Program-made: the position numbers and the translations under genes
In this document: piece after piece, positions 63,407-64,000 of the stretch
Numbering within the stretch: the first letter of the stretch is position 1
Layout of the letters: the number at the start of each line of letters is the position of its first letter
Notes under the pieces: model-generated
Database searches by the model: none
Told to the model about the DNA's origin: nothing
Seen by the model: the letters and a program-made list of their open reading frames with translations, nothing else
Assembly (NCBI GenBank): GCA_047495785.1
Contig: JBLDXI010000015.1
Span: forward strand, 682,001 to 746,000
Length of the DNA: 64,000 bases
Direction of reading: 5' to 3'
Source: Lepidodermella squamata
Lineage: Eukaryota > Animalia > Gastrotricha

Positions 63407-64000
63407 GCGTTTGAAACTCCGGGGCAAAGAATAAGGCCGAATTAAGCGTAATTTCGGAAAGCGGAAAGATTTTATGAACACCAATGGATGTTGGTGGGTA
63501 GTCATAGAACATAGAACATAGAAAGCCGTGGAAAACGATGGAAACCGCGCGGTTTCAACGGAAGGGCAATTGTGTGCGCAACTTTTCTTAGCTATAATAG
63601 GCGGGGTTTTACTTGTTTCGATCCACCTTAAAACTTGAAAAAATTTCAATTTTCCCTTATTCGTGAATTTTATTAGCGACAAAGCGGAAAACCAACTCGC
63701 CGTTCCTAGTGCTAAATTTCACGAGCTATCTAACGAATGAATTCCTTTTTCGGTATGACTCCCTGTTTTTTTACAATAAGCCGCGCTGGAACAACTTTGA
63801 TAAAAAAGTAAGTCATTTATTGACATTTGGATTAATTAATTCCGGATGATGGATGATATTCAACTGCGACTGCAGTGACAAATATTAATGTTGAGTAGGT
63901 GACTCGAGGTGTTCTATTTAATGTTATAGGCCTTAGATTCACAGAACGGACCCATTTGACGCCACAACTCTTGTCGAAATCAAATTGGTTTACCAAAATT

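Overview
Eukaryotic, almost certainly invertebrate animal, genomic DNA (~50-70 nt GT-AG introns, many DNA-transposon remnants); most short ORFs in the supplied track are exons or antisense shadows. From left to right: two tandem divergent Cys-loop ligand-gated ion channel genes (first one partial and apparently truncated), a Sushi/CCP-repeat gene fragment, an apparently intact intron-containing pogo/Passer (DD35D) transposon, a GH13 alpha-amylase of non-canonical (protist/fungal-looking) type, and a secreted 4xEGF-papain (C1A) fusion protease. The main feature is a cluster of ten paralogues of a secreted ~210-230 aa protein family I do not recognise, with an invariant 18-Cys framework (6-Cys head plus two 6-Cys modules). 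They are arranged as a four-gene cassette (<A B> <C D>, two head-to-head pairs) present twice intact (20.5-25.8 kb, 43.4-48.5 kb) and once as a decayed B/C remnant (29.8-32.2 kb). The remainder holds a decayed hAT transposase, a trypsin-like pseudogene broken by a TE-linked inverted duplication, many MITEs, a SINE-like element and an unidentified decayed ORF. Gene models were assembled by hand from splice signals and paralogue comparison; no database searches were run, so novelty is unverified.
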